A stretch of DNA of 64,000 nucleotides from a virus: IMG/VR virus record IMGVR_UViG_3300020419_001178, positions 81,742-145,741 of that record; one strand, given 5' to 3'. This document shows positions 18,807 through 26,477 of this stretch, piece by piece (position 1 is the first letter of the stretch; every line of letters starts with the position of its first letter). The position numbers and the translations under genes were made by a program. Below the pieces are notes generated by a model. That model saw only the letters and a list, made by a program, of their open reading frames with translations. It did not search any database and was not told the DNA's origin.

Positions 18807-19406
18807 ATGACCGTAGCTTTCGTGATAGGCAATGGCGAAAGTCGTAAAGACTTAGACTTACATCCACTTAGAAATTACGGCAAAGTATATGCTTGTAATG
18901 CAGTTTTCCGACACTATCAACCCGATTATCTAGTAGCAGTAGACGTAAAAATGATACTGGAAATAAATCAACACAAATGGCAAATGGAAAACGAGGTATG
19001 GACTAACCCTAATAAACAGTACCACGGATTTCAAGGATTCAATTTTTTTCAACCTAGCAAGGGTTGGAGTAGTGGCCCTACAGCATTATGGTTGGCAAGC
19101 ACCCATAAACATGATACAATTTACATATTAGGTTTTGATTTTCATGGTAAGGCTGACGACAAAGGACAGCGTACTAAGGTAAATAATTTGTACGCAGGAA
19201 CACACAATTACAAAAGATCAGGTGAACCAGCTACGTATTTTGGCAACTGGGAAAGGCAAACTGCTTCTACTTGTGAAGCACACGCAGGAACTAAATACAT
19301 TAGGATAGTTGAAGACGGTGACGATTTTGTACCTAAGCAATTGAAGAAAGTAAGTAATTTATCTCATATCACATTAAGTGAATTTAAGAGATATTATGAT
19401 TTTTGA
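18807..19406 (+). CDS. DUF115/Maf-like Rossmann-fold protein (putative glycosyltransferase-like)
   Basis: VIGNGESR...YACNA...PDYLVAVD...SSGPTA...IYILGFD motif series. Confidence 0.55.
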   Translation: MTVAFVIGNGESRKDLDLHPLRNYGKVYACNAVFRHYQPDYLVAVDVKMILEINQHKWQMENEVWTNPNKQYHGFQGFNFFQPSKGWSSGPTALWLASTHKHDTIYILGFDFHGKADDKGQRTKVNNLYAGTHNYKRSGEPATYFGNWERQTASTCEAHAGTKYIRIVEDGDDFVPKQLKKVSNLSHITLSEFKRYYDF

Positions 19407-19431
19407 TACCAAGATGTCAAAAAACCCCGTT

Positions 19432-19473
19432 TTGACACCATTTTCCACGTATTTTATAATAAAAGTGTAAATA
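19432..19473 (+). promoter_or_regulatory. Tandem sigma70 and late promoters upstream of the prohead core/protease/scaffold/capsid genes
   Basis: TTGACA(19432)-17-TATAAT(19455-19460), then TAAATA at 19468-19473. Confidence 0.65.
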
Positions 19474-19514
19474 TTACTGACAGCCTTACACCATTAACAT
19501 GACAGGAGAAACAA

Positions 19515-20501
19515 ATGGCAGATCAATCAAAACTAGAGCAAATGCTCGAAAAATTAGTTAACAATGATCGCGATGGCGCGGATTCATTGTTTCACGAGTT
19601 TGTAATCGAAAAATCACGTGGCATTTATGAAAAAATGCTAGAAGATGATCTTAAAGATCTTGAAGTAGACGAAGCATCTAAGAAAAAAGATGACGAAAAA
19701 GATCACGATAAAAAAGACAAAAAAATGAAAGAAGAGTCAGACGAAGAAGTTGACGAAGCTTCAGATGATGAAGAAGTTGACGAAGCTTCAAATGATGACG
19801 AAGAAGTAGACGAAGCATCAGACGAAGAAACTGACGAAAATATGGAAATTACACCAGAAGCTGACCCAATGGGCGGCGATGCCTCTGACGATATGATGAA
19901 AGATATCGAAGCAGACGGCGATGATGGTGATATGGACGGCGACATGGGCGGCGATGAAGAAGAAATCGAAGACCGTGTAGTTGATCTAGAAGATGCTCTT
20001 GATGACCTAAAAGCTGAATTTGAAAAAATGATGGCTGATAAAGGTGGCGAAGACGACATGGATGACATGGACGATGATGCCGCTGATATGGATATGGGTG
20101 ATAAAGAGAAGGAAGATGAAGCATTTATGCCAACTTCCGAACTTAGCGGTGAAGAACTTCCAGTAGAAGACATGGAGCCAGCATACGAAGGCAAAAAGTC
20201 ACAACAGGAAGTAATGCGTGAATATGTTAATAAAGTTGCTATGCCTAAAGGCGAAGACAACAAAGCTAAAAGCCCAGTAGCAGGTGCTAATAATATGGGT
20301 GGAACAGCAAGTAACATAGCACAAGGCGGCGAAGGTGATACAAAAGGTTCAGGACAAACTCCTAAAATTGAAGACATGGGGAATGTTAACAAACCAGGTA
20401 ACACTAAAGCTCCAAGCATGAACAAAGCTAATGGCCACGGTGCTGAGAAAAAAGGCGCAGGCGAAACAGGTACTGATACTAAATCACCTATCGGTAGCTA
20501 A
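19515..20501 (+). CDS. Highly acidic prohead core-like protein
   Basis: Asp/Glu-rich, EEVDEAS repeats; lies between portal and protease, where T4 has gp67/68. Confidence 0.6.
   Translation: MADQSKLEQMLEKLVNNDRDGADSLFHEFVIEKSRGIYEKMLEDDLKDLEVDEASKKKDDEKDHDKKDKKMKEESDEEVDEASDDEEVDEASNDDEEVDEASDEETDENMEITPEADPMGGDASDDMMKDIEADGDDGDMDGDMGGDEEEIEDRVVDLEDALDDLKAEFEKMMADKGGEDDMDDMDDDAADMDMGDKEKEDEAFMPTSELSGEELPVEDMEPAYEGKKSQQEVMREYVNKVAMPKGEDNKAKSPVAGANNMGGTASNIAQGGEGDTKGSGQTPKIEDMGNVNKPGNTKAPSMNKANGHGAEKKGAGETGTDTKSPIGS
19740..19830 (+). repeat. Imperfect tandem coding repeat (three 27-30-nt units encoding DEEVDEAS)
   Basis: GAAGAAGTTGACGAAGCTTCA twice plus GAAGAAGTAGACGAAGCATCA. Confidence 0.8.
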
Positions 20502-20519
20502 TTGAGGACTAAAGGGTAG

Positions 20520-21158
20520 ATGTTAAACTTAACTGAAACGCTATCATTCGACCAAGCAAAAATGGTCGTGGAGCAAACCGAAAATAAAGATACGGGTGGT
20601 AAGGACTTGTATCTTAAAGGTATTTGCATCCAAGGTGGTGTACGTAATGCTAATCAAAGAGTATATCCTGTGAATGAAATCGGTAGAGCTGTCAACACGC
20701 TCAACGATCAAATACAAGGCGGATATAGTGTACTTGGTGAAGTAGATCATCCAGACGGACTCAACATTAACCTGGATCGTGTATCACACATGATAACTGA
20801 AATGTGGATGGACGGACCAAATGGTTACGGAAAACTTAAAGTAATTCCTACCCCGATGGGACAACTAGTAAAAACAATGCTGGAAAGCGGAGTTAAAATA
20901 GGTGTTTCATCTAGGGGTTCAGGAAATGTAAGTGAAGACGGAAGCGGAGAAGTTAGCGAGTTTGAAATTATAACTGTTGACTGTGTCGCACAACCAAGTG
21001 CTCCGGGAGCATATCCAACTCCCATTTATGAGCATTTGATGAATACAAAACATGGCTACAAGGCATTCAATATGGCTCGTGAGTTAAAACACGATGAAAA
21101 GGCACAAAAGTATCTAAAGGACTCGTTGGTAAACATTATCAGCGGGCTCAGCAATTAG
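20520..21158 (+). CDS. gp21: Prohead protease
   Basis: NANQRVYP, GEVDHP, GVSSRGSG, DCVAQPSAPGA. Confidence 0.93.
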   Translation: MLNLTETLSFDQAKMVVEQTENKDTGGKDLYLKGICIQGGVRNANQRVYPVNEIGRAVNTLNDQIQGGYSVLGEVDHPDGLNINLDRVSHMITEMWMDGPNGYGKLKVIPTPMGQLVKTMLESGVKIGVSSRGSGNVSEDGSGEVSEFEIITVDCVAQPSAPGAYPTPIYEHLMNTKHGYKAFNMARELKHDEKAQKYLKDSLVNIISGLSN

Positions 21159-21168
21159 GAGAAACAAA

Positions 21169-22269
21169 ATGTTAGATGCACTGAAAAATCTCTTCGAAAA
21201 CAACGCTATTTCAGAAGAAATCAGAGCAGAAATCGAAAAGGCTTGGAACGATAGGGTAAATGAAAACCGATTACAGGCGACAGCAGAGCTACGTGAAGAG
21301 TTTGCTCAAAAGTATGAGCATGACAAGCAGACAATGGTGGAAGCTATTGATAAAATGCTTGAAGACAGACTAGGCGCGGAGATTACTGAGTTTGCGGACG
21401 ATCGTCATAAACTAGCTGAAGCAAGAGCAAAGTATGCAGTAGCAATGCGTGAAAACGCAGATCTATTGAAGAACTTTGTTGTTGGCCAACTAGGTAAAGA
21501 AGTAGGCGAATTGCACGAAGACCAGAAGGCTATGGCAGGTAAGTTCCAAAAACTTGAAGATTTCATTGTTGATTCTTTATCAAAAGAAATCGCAGAGTTC
21601 TACGAAGATAAAAGAGATTTGGCAGAAACAAAAGTACGTTTAGTACGTGAAGCCAAAAATCATCTAGCTAAAGTTAAAGGCAAATTCATCAAGGATGCGA
21701 CTACAGTTGTAGCAGAAACAGTTGAAAAAGGTCTAAAGAAAGAGATCGGACAACTTAAAGAAGATATAGATTCAGCTCGTAAGAATGACTTTGGTAGAAA
21801 GATTTTCGAATCTTTTGCTAATGAATACTCACAGAGCTATCTAAATGAGAAGTCAGAAACTGCTAAACTACTTAAAGTTGTAGACTTGAAGGACAAGCAA
21901 TTAGCAGAAGCTAAAGTTAAAGCTAGTGAACAGAAAGCACTAGTTGAATCTAAACAGCAAGAAATTGCTAAAGTAACTGATTCAGCTAAGAGAGCAGAAG
22001 TCATTGGCGAACTTATTGCTCCTTTGAATAAGAAGCAAAAAGAAATCATGACAGATTTGCTGGAATCTGTACAGACAGTTAAACTAAAGTCACAGTTTGA
22101 CAAGTACATACCAAGCGTAATAGCAGGTGATAAACCAGCGAAGGACACCAAGGCGACGTTAACAGAAGGCACAGAAGTTACAGGCAATAAAGAAAATAAT
22201 GACATAGATGCAGGTTCGTCTAACACAGATAATGTGATAGACATTAGAAGACTTGCAGGATTAAACTAA
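21169..22269 (+). CDS. gp22: Prohead scaffold/core protein
   Basis: Coiled-coil protein between protease and capsid genes. Confidence 0.8.
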   Translation: MLDALKNLFENNAISEEIRAEIEKAWNDRVNENRLQATAELREEFAQKYEHDKQTMVEAIDKMLEDRLGAEITEFADDRHKLAEARAKYAVAMRENADLLKNFVVGQLGKEVGELHEDQKAMAGKFQKLEDFIVDSLSKEIAEFYEDKRDLAETKVRLVREAKNHLAKVKGKFIKDATTVVAETVEKGLKKEIGQLKEDIDSARKNDFGRKIFESFANEYSQSYLNEKSETAKLLKVVDLKDKQLAEAKVKASEQKALVESKQQEIAKVTDSAKRAEVIGELIAPLNKKQKEIMTDLLESVQTVKLKSQFDKYIPSVIAGDKPAKDTKATLTEGTEVTGNKENNDIDAGSSNTDNVIDIRRLAGLN

Positions 22270-22279
22270 GGAGAAAAAC

Positions 22280-23467
22280 ATGTCAGAACTACTAGAAAGT
22301 CGCTGGCAGGATACGAAAACTGCACTTCTAGAAGGCCTCGAAGGCAATAAAAAGTCAGTTATGGGTGTTACATTAGAAAACACTCGTAAGTACTTGGCTG
22401 AGGCCGCAACAGCAGGTGCATCTAGTGCAGGCAACGTTGCTACACTAAACAGAGTGATCCTTCCAGTAATAAGAAGGGTTATGCCTACGGTTATCGCTAA
22501 CGAATTAGTTGGTGTACAACCTATGACAGGCCCTGTGGGACAAATCCACACACTAAGAGTAAGATATGCTGACAGTATGGCATCATCTGCAACAGCTACT
22601 ACAGCAGGCGAAGAGGCATTAAGCCCATTCAAAATTGCTGAGGGCTATTCAGGTGCTGGCGATGCGGCTACTTACAACGACAAAACAGCTAACACAACAG
22701 CTTCTTTAGAAGGTGTAGCTGGTAAGAGATTGTCAATTCAGATCTTAAAGCAAACAGTCGAAGCAAAAACCAGAAAGCTATCAGCTAGATGGACTTTTGA
22801 AGCGGCTCAAGATGCTCAAGCTCAACAAGGTATTGATATCGAAGCAGAAATTATGGCGGCATTGGCGCAAGAAATTACTGCTGAAATTGACCAAGAGATT
22901 CTTTCATCTCTACGTACTTTGGCTGGAACAGTCGAAACTTACGATCAGGCGGCGGTAAGCGGTACAGCAACTTTCGTTGGTGACGAACATGCGGCATTAG
23001 CTGTTCAAATCAACAGAGTGGCAAACTTAATTGCGGCTAGAACAAGACGTGGTGCTGGTAACTACGCAGTGGTATCACCATTTGCGTTAACATTACTACA
23101 GTCTGCTACAACTTCAGCGTTTGCAAGAACAACTGAAGGTACTTTTGAAGCTCCAACTAACACTAAAATGGTTGGTACACTTAACGGTGCGATGAAAGTA
23201 TACGTAGACGCTTATGCGGCGGATAGTACAGAAGTATTGATTGGATACAAAGGTTCAAGTGAATCTGATGCTCCAGCATTCTACTGTCCATACATTCCGT
23301 TAATGTCAAGTGGCGTTGTATTAGATCCAAGCACATTTGAACCAGTAGTGTCATTTATGACAAGATATGGTTACATTGAGCTATCTAATGTGGCATCATC
23401 ACTTGGTAACGCGGCTGATTACCTTGGCGCAGTAGCAATTACTAACGGCAACGTATCATTTAGCTAA
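22280..23467 (+). CDS. gp23: Major capsid protein
   Basis: VGVQPMTGPVGQI, VEAKTRKLSARWTFEAAQD, AEIDQE, FYCPYIPL, TRYG. Confidence 0.96.
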   Translation: MSELLESRWQDTKTALLEGLEGNKKSVMGVTLENTRKYLAEAATAGASSAGNVATLNRVILPVIRRVMPTVIANELVGVQPMTGPVGQIHTLRVRYADSMASSATATTAGEEALSPFKIAEGYSGAGDAATYNDKTANTTASLEGVAGKRLSIQILKQTVEAKTRKLSARWTFEAAQDAQAQQGIDIEAEIMAALAQEITAEIDQEILSSLRTLAGTVETYDQAAVSGTATFVGDEHAALAVQINRVANLIAARTRRGAGNYAVVSPFALTLLQSATTSAFARTTEGTFEAPTNTKMVGTLNGAMKVYVDAYAADSTEVLIGYKGSSESDAPAFYCPYIPLMSSGVVLDPSTFEPVVSFMTRYGYIELSNVASSLGNAADYLGAVAITNGNVSFS

Positions 23468-23488
23468 TACCTAAACGACGACAAATTT

Positions 23489-23517
23489 AAAAGGGCGGCT
23501 TATGTCGCCCTTTTTTT
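23489..23517 (+). terminator. Intrinsic terminator after the capsid gene
   Basis: AAAAGGGCGGC-TTAT-GTCGCCCTTTTTTT. Confidence 0.9.
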
Positions 23518-23550
23518 ATGGATTTTGGTAAACAAAATACAAAAAAAGTG

Positions 23551-23579
23551 TTGACAAATGCTTTTTTCTCTGTTATATT
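23551..23579 (+). promoter_or_regulatory. sigma70-type promoter driving the intergenic RNA
   Basis: TTGACA-17-TATATT with extended TGn. Confidence 0.75.
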
Positions 23580-23585
23580 GTATAC

Positions 23586-23845
23586 ATAAGCTAGAAACTT
23601 GTAGCTAGAGTTTTTAAATAGTGCAAGGAAGAGGCGTTTACCAGAGCGTCGAACTTGACTAGTTAGGGGTGGTACCCAGGCTTGGTAGTAGAAATACGCT
23701 GAGTCACATCGCTCTCCCGAGCGGAACTAGGTTCCCTGGTTATCAGAATGGCATCTGTGGCGAGGGGTTGTAGGTATAACCGAGTCCTACCTATTATTGC
23801 TTATTTTAAAAGGTGTGCAAGGAAACTTGTATACCTTTTTCCTTT
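23586..23845 (+). ncRNA. Unidentified stand-alone structured ncRNA (~250 nt)
   Basis: Own promoter and terminator, no credible ORF, multibranch fold with G-U pairs and a GAAA tetraloop. Confidence 0.7.
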
Positions 23846-23846
23846 T
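23808..23846 (+). terminator. Intrinsic terminator closing the ncRNA
   Basis: AAAAGGTGTGCAAG-GAAA-CTTGTATACCTTTT followed by a T-rich tail. Confidence 0.75.
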
Positions 23847-23850
23847 GTGA

Positions 23851-23944
23851 TAAATACAATGTCTAAGAGAGAACCTCTAAGATGAGGACTTATGCTGTTT
23901 AACCCACAGCGTAGACCTAGAACGTCTAACATAAGGAGAAAAAA
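23851..23944 (+). promoter_or_regulatory. Late promoter plus structured 5' leader
   Basis: TAAATA at 23851; stems CCTC/GAGG, TATGCTGT/ACAGCGTA, GTCTA/TAGAC; SD AAGGAG. Confidence 0.6.
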
Positions 23945-24562
23945 ATGGGAAGACCTATTAATAAAAAGCACATTGGTGATGGAGCAGGTAAAATCCAAGT
24001 AACTGCGGTTAAATTCGCGGCTGGTGGAGAAATTACTACTGAGTCACATATTGTGTCACAACGATCAACAAGAAAATTCATCGTTACTGATGGAACTAAA
24101 ACAGAAACTTGTACACTTGTTAACAAATCAATCGGCGGCTTAGGTGCTAGTGAATTCTGCATCAACGTAACTGACAGTGATGGTGTTACAAAACAAGTTA
24201 CCAAGTTAATGAACAGAAAAATGCAACTTGAAGGTGCTTCTAACCATAAATGGGCTAGATCATCAACAGGTACATCTGAAGCAATTGAAAAAGTTATTTC
24301 AGGTGCTACAGCGGCAAATCCATGTGTTATTACAGCAACTGGACACGGCTTCAGCAACGGAGATAAAGTATCTATCCGTGGCGTAGTTGGAATGGTTGAG
24401 CTAAACACTGAAACTGCTTACACAGTAGCTGGTAAGACAACTAACAACTTCCAATTATCGGGTGTTAATAGTTCAGGCTTTACAGCATACGGTTCAGGTG
24501 GTGTAGTTACTAAAGCGGCGGCTGAAAGCGGCGGCATTGTAGTTGACGCACAGGCATCGTAA
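23945..24562 (+). CDS. Virion structural/decoration protein with a C-terminal beta domain
   Basis: ISGATAANPCVITATGHGFSNGDKVSI motif common in phage structural proteins; late promoter. Confidence 0.55.
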   Translation: MGRPINKKHIGDGAGKIQVTAVKFAAGGEITTESHIVSQRSTRKFIVTDGTKTETCTLVNKSIGGLGASEFCINVTDSDGVTKQVTKLMNRKMQLEGASNHKWARSSTGTSEAIEKVISGATAANPCVITATGHGFSNGDKVSIRGVVGMVELNTETAYTVAGKTTNNFQLSGVNSSGFTAYGSGGVVTKAAAESGGIVVDAQAS

Positions 24563-24575
24563 GATAAGATATAAA

Positions 24576-24602
24576 TGTTGTGGGGGCAAGTTCCCCACAA
24601 CA
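24576..24602 (+). other. Intergenic 11-bp hairpin (stability/processing element or weak terminator)
   Basis: TGTTGTGGGGG-CAAGT-TCCCCACAACA, no long U tail. Confidence 0.55.
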
Positions 24603-24618
24603 ATTTAAGGAATTATAA

Positions 24619-25569
24619 ATGTCAAAGAATTTAAATGTAAACAGCGGTAATTATACCATAAGAGTAGCAGACGGTAACACTATTACATTAGATACCGGAA
24701 CTACTGGTACTACTACCCTAACCGGTAACTTGACTGTTTCTGGTACCACTACTACAGTAAATTCTTCTAATCTAGCACTAAAAGATAATATCATAAAAAT
24801 TAATGATGGCGAAACAGGAAGTGGAATAACATTAAACACAGCTGGATTACAATTTGATAGAGGAACACAACAAGATGCGTTGTTCTTATTTGATGAACAA
24901 ACATCACATAACGATCCTGTAACACAAACTGTAAGAGCAGGTACTTTTACGTTTAAAGATAACGCAGGTGCCATTAGAGGAATACTTACAAACAGTATAA
25001 CAACTGGCGGCGGAGATTTATATCTCATAAACAGCGGTACTGGAGTAATCAATGTTAGTGGAACAAACAATTACGAAACACAAGTAACAGCAGATGATGA
25101 TATTCCAAACAAGAAATATGTAGATGATGCTATTACAACAGGTATTCAAACTATCCAAATTACATCTGTAGCTAGAGGAAACACAGCAGTAAATCTTTTT
25201 GATGATAGTTTAGATGACAGCATTAGTGCTATTAGATTTACAGTAGACGGAAACGAAAGAGTCTTAATTAAAAATGATTCTACAGAAATTGAAAATGTTA
25301 GTTTTCAAGATAATTTAATTACAACAACATCTAGTGGAGCAGATCTTACTTTGAGTAGTAATGGTAGTCCATTTGTTAAAATTGACGGCTTACTTAGGTT
25401 ACCTATACAAGACGATAGTTCAGCGGTAACTTATTCACCAACTCATGTTGCTGTATATGCTAAAGATCCTGATAAAGGAAAGACAGGAGTTTGGTACAAA
25501 AACAAGTACGATCATGAGGATGAATTGATAAGTACTAATAGATCACTACTTTATAGTATGTTATTTTAA
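24619..25569 (+). CDS. Fibre-like structural protein
   Basis: GNLTVSGTTTTVNS...KDNII and NKKYVD fibre motifs. Confidence 0.65.
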   Translation: MSKNLNVNSGNYTIRVADGNTITLDTGTTGTTTLTGNLTVSGTTTTVNSSNLALKDNIIKINDGETGSGITLNTAGLQFDRGTQQDALFLFDEQTSHNDPVTQTVRAGTFTFKDNAGAIRGILTNSITTGGGDLYLINSGTGVINVSGTNNYETQVTADDDIPNKKYVDDAITTGIQTIQITSVARGNTAVNLFDDSLDDSISAIRFTVDGNERVLIKNDSTEIENVSFQDNLITTTSSGADLTLSSNGSPFVKIDGLLRLPIQDDSSAVTYSPTHVAVYAKDPDKGKTGVWYKNKYDHEDELISTNRSLLYSMLF

Positions 25570-25578
25570 GGAAAGAAT

Positions 25579-25923
25579 ATGGCGATTGTAAATAAACAAA
25601 TAGGTTTAACAGATACAATAATTCATACAGTACCTAATGGAAGCAGACACGCAATTACTACTTTGCTTATCTGTAATAAGGCGGCGGTAGATACAGGAGG
25701 ATCAAATGATACTTCTGTGGACCTACATCTTATACCAAACGGACAAGCAAAAGGTAATGCTGACCCAAACGCTAACCAAATTTTGAATGATTTGGTAATA
25801 GCAGGAGCAGACACTTTTACTTTTGATACTGAAAAAATTGTTCTTGAAGGAGGAGATAAAATTGTTGCTGTAAGTCAATCTCCGGCTAACCTAATTGCTA
25901 CAGTAAGTTATTTGGAAGTGTAA
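25579..25923 (+). CDS. Small beta-rich virion protein (paralogue of 33579 and 44751)
   Basis: Shared pattern T-x-x-x-TVP...CN...EKIVL. Confidence 0.6.
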   Translation: MAIVNKQIGLTDTIIHTVPNGSRHAITTLLICNKAAVDTGGSNDTSVDLHLIPNGQAKGNADPNANQILNDLVIAGADTFTFDTEKIVLEGGDKIVAVSQSPANLIATVSYLEV

Positions 25924-26441
25924 TGAGATTTATTAAAGCACAAAGAACATCTCGAGGAATCAATGCCGATACAAAAGGCTTCAATATTGATGCTTTAGGA
26001 TTGGCCACAGTTAATACTGACAAAGCAATTATTCCACCCAAAGGTGATCAAAATTCTAGACCTTTTACACCTGTAGAAGGAATGTTAAGATATAACACTG
26101 ATGTTACAAATTTTGAAGTATATCAAAATAGTGCTTGGAAACCTATTAGATTCAAAGAACCTATTACTATTACACAACAAAACCTAGGTAACGGTAACGG
26201 AACAGAAACAACATTTGGCCCGTTAAATTCAGGAGATAGTTTTTATCCTGTACCTATTTCAGAAAATAATATACTAGTTACTATTGAAAACGTTTTTCAA
26301 TTAGCAACAACAAACTACACTCTAGTACAAAATCCATCTTCAGGACCAGGTGCTCCATATGCCGCAGGTTGGTACCTTGTGTTTGGTACTCCTGTACCTA
26401 CAGGAAAGCCAGTACAAGTGCTACATAACTTCGACAAGTAA
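25923..26441 (+). CDS. Structural protein
   Basis: PKGDQNSRP...GMLRYNTD...FEVY fibre repeat. Confidence 0.6.
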   Translation: MRFIKAQRTSRGINADTKGFNIDALGLATVNTDKAIIPPKGDQNSRPFTPVEGMLRYNTDVTNFEVYQNSAWKPIRFKEPITITQQNLGNGNGTETTFGPLNSGDSFYPVPISENNILVTIENVFQLATTNYTLVQNPSSGPGAPYAAGWYLVFGTPVPTGKPVQVLHNFDK

Positions 26442-26477
26442 TACAATAAATACACTTGTTAATTCGAGGGAAATAAT

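Noticed and set aside
19703-20425. 240-aa minus-strand Ser-rich ORF and the many other antisense ORFs in the track
   Set aside because: Shadow frames of well-supported genes on the opposite strand; low-complexity products with no recognisable motifs
23586-23845. RNase P, SRP or 6S RNA
   Set aside because: Conserved RNase P and SRP motifs not seen; the fold is multibranched rather than a 6S-like rod. A covariance search is needed to exclude these fully
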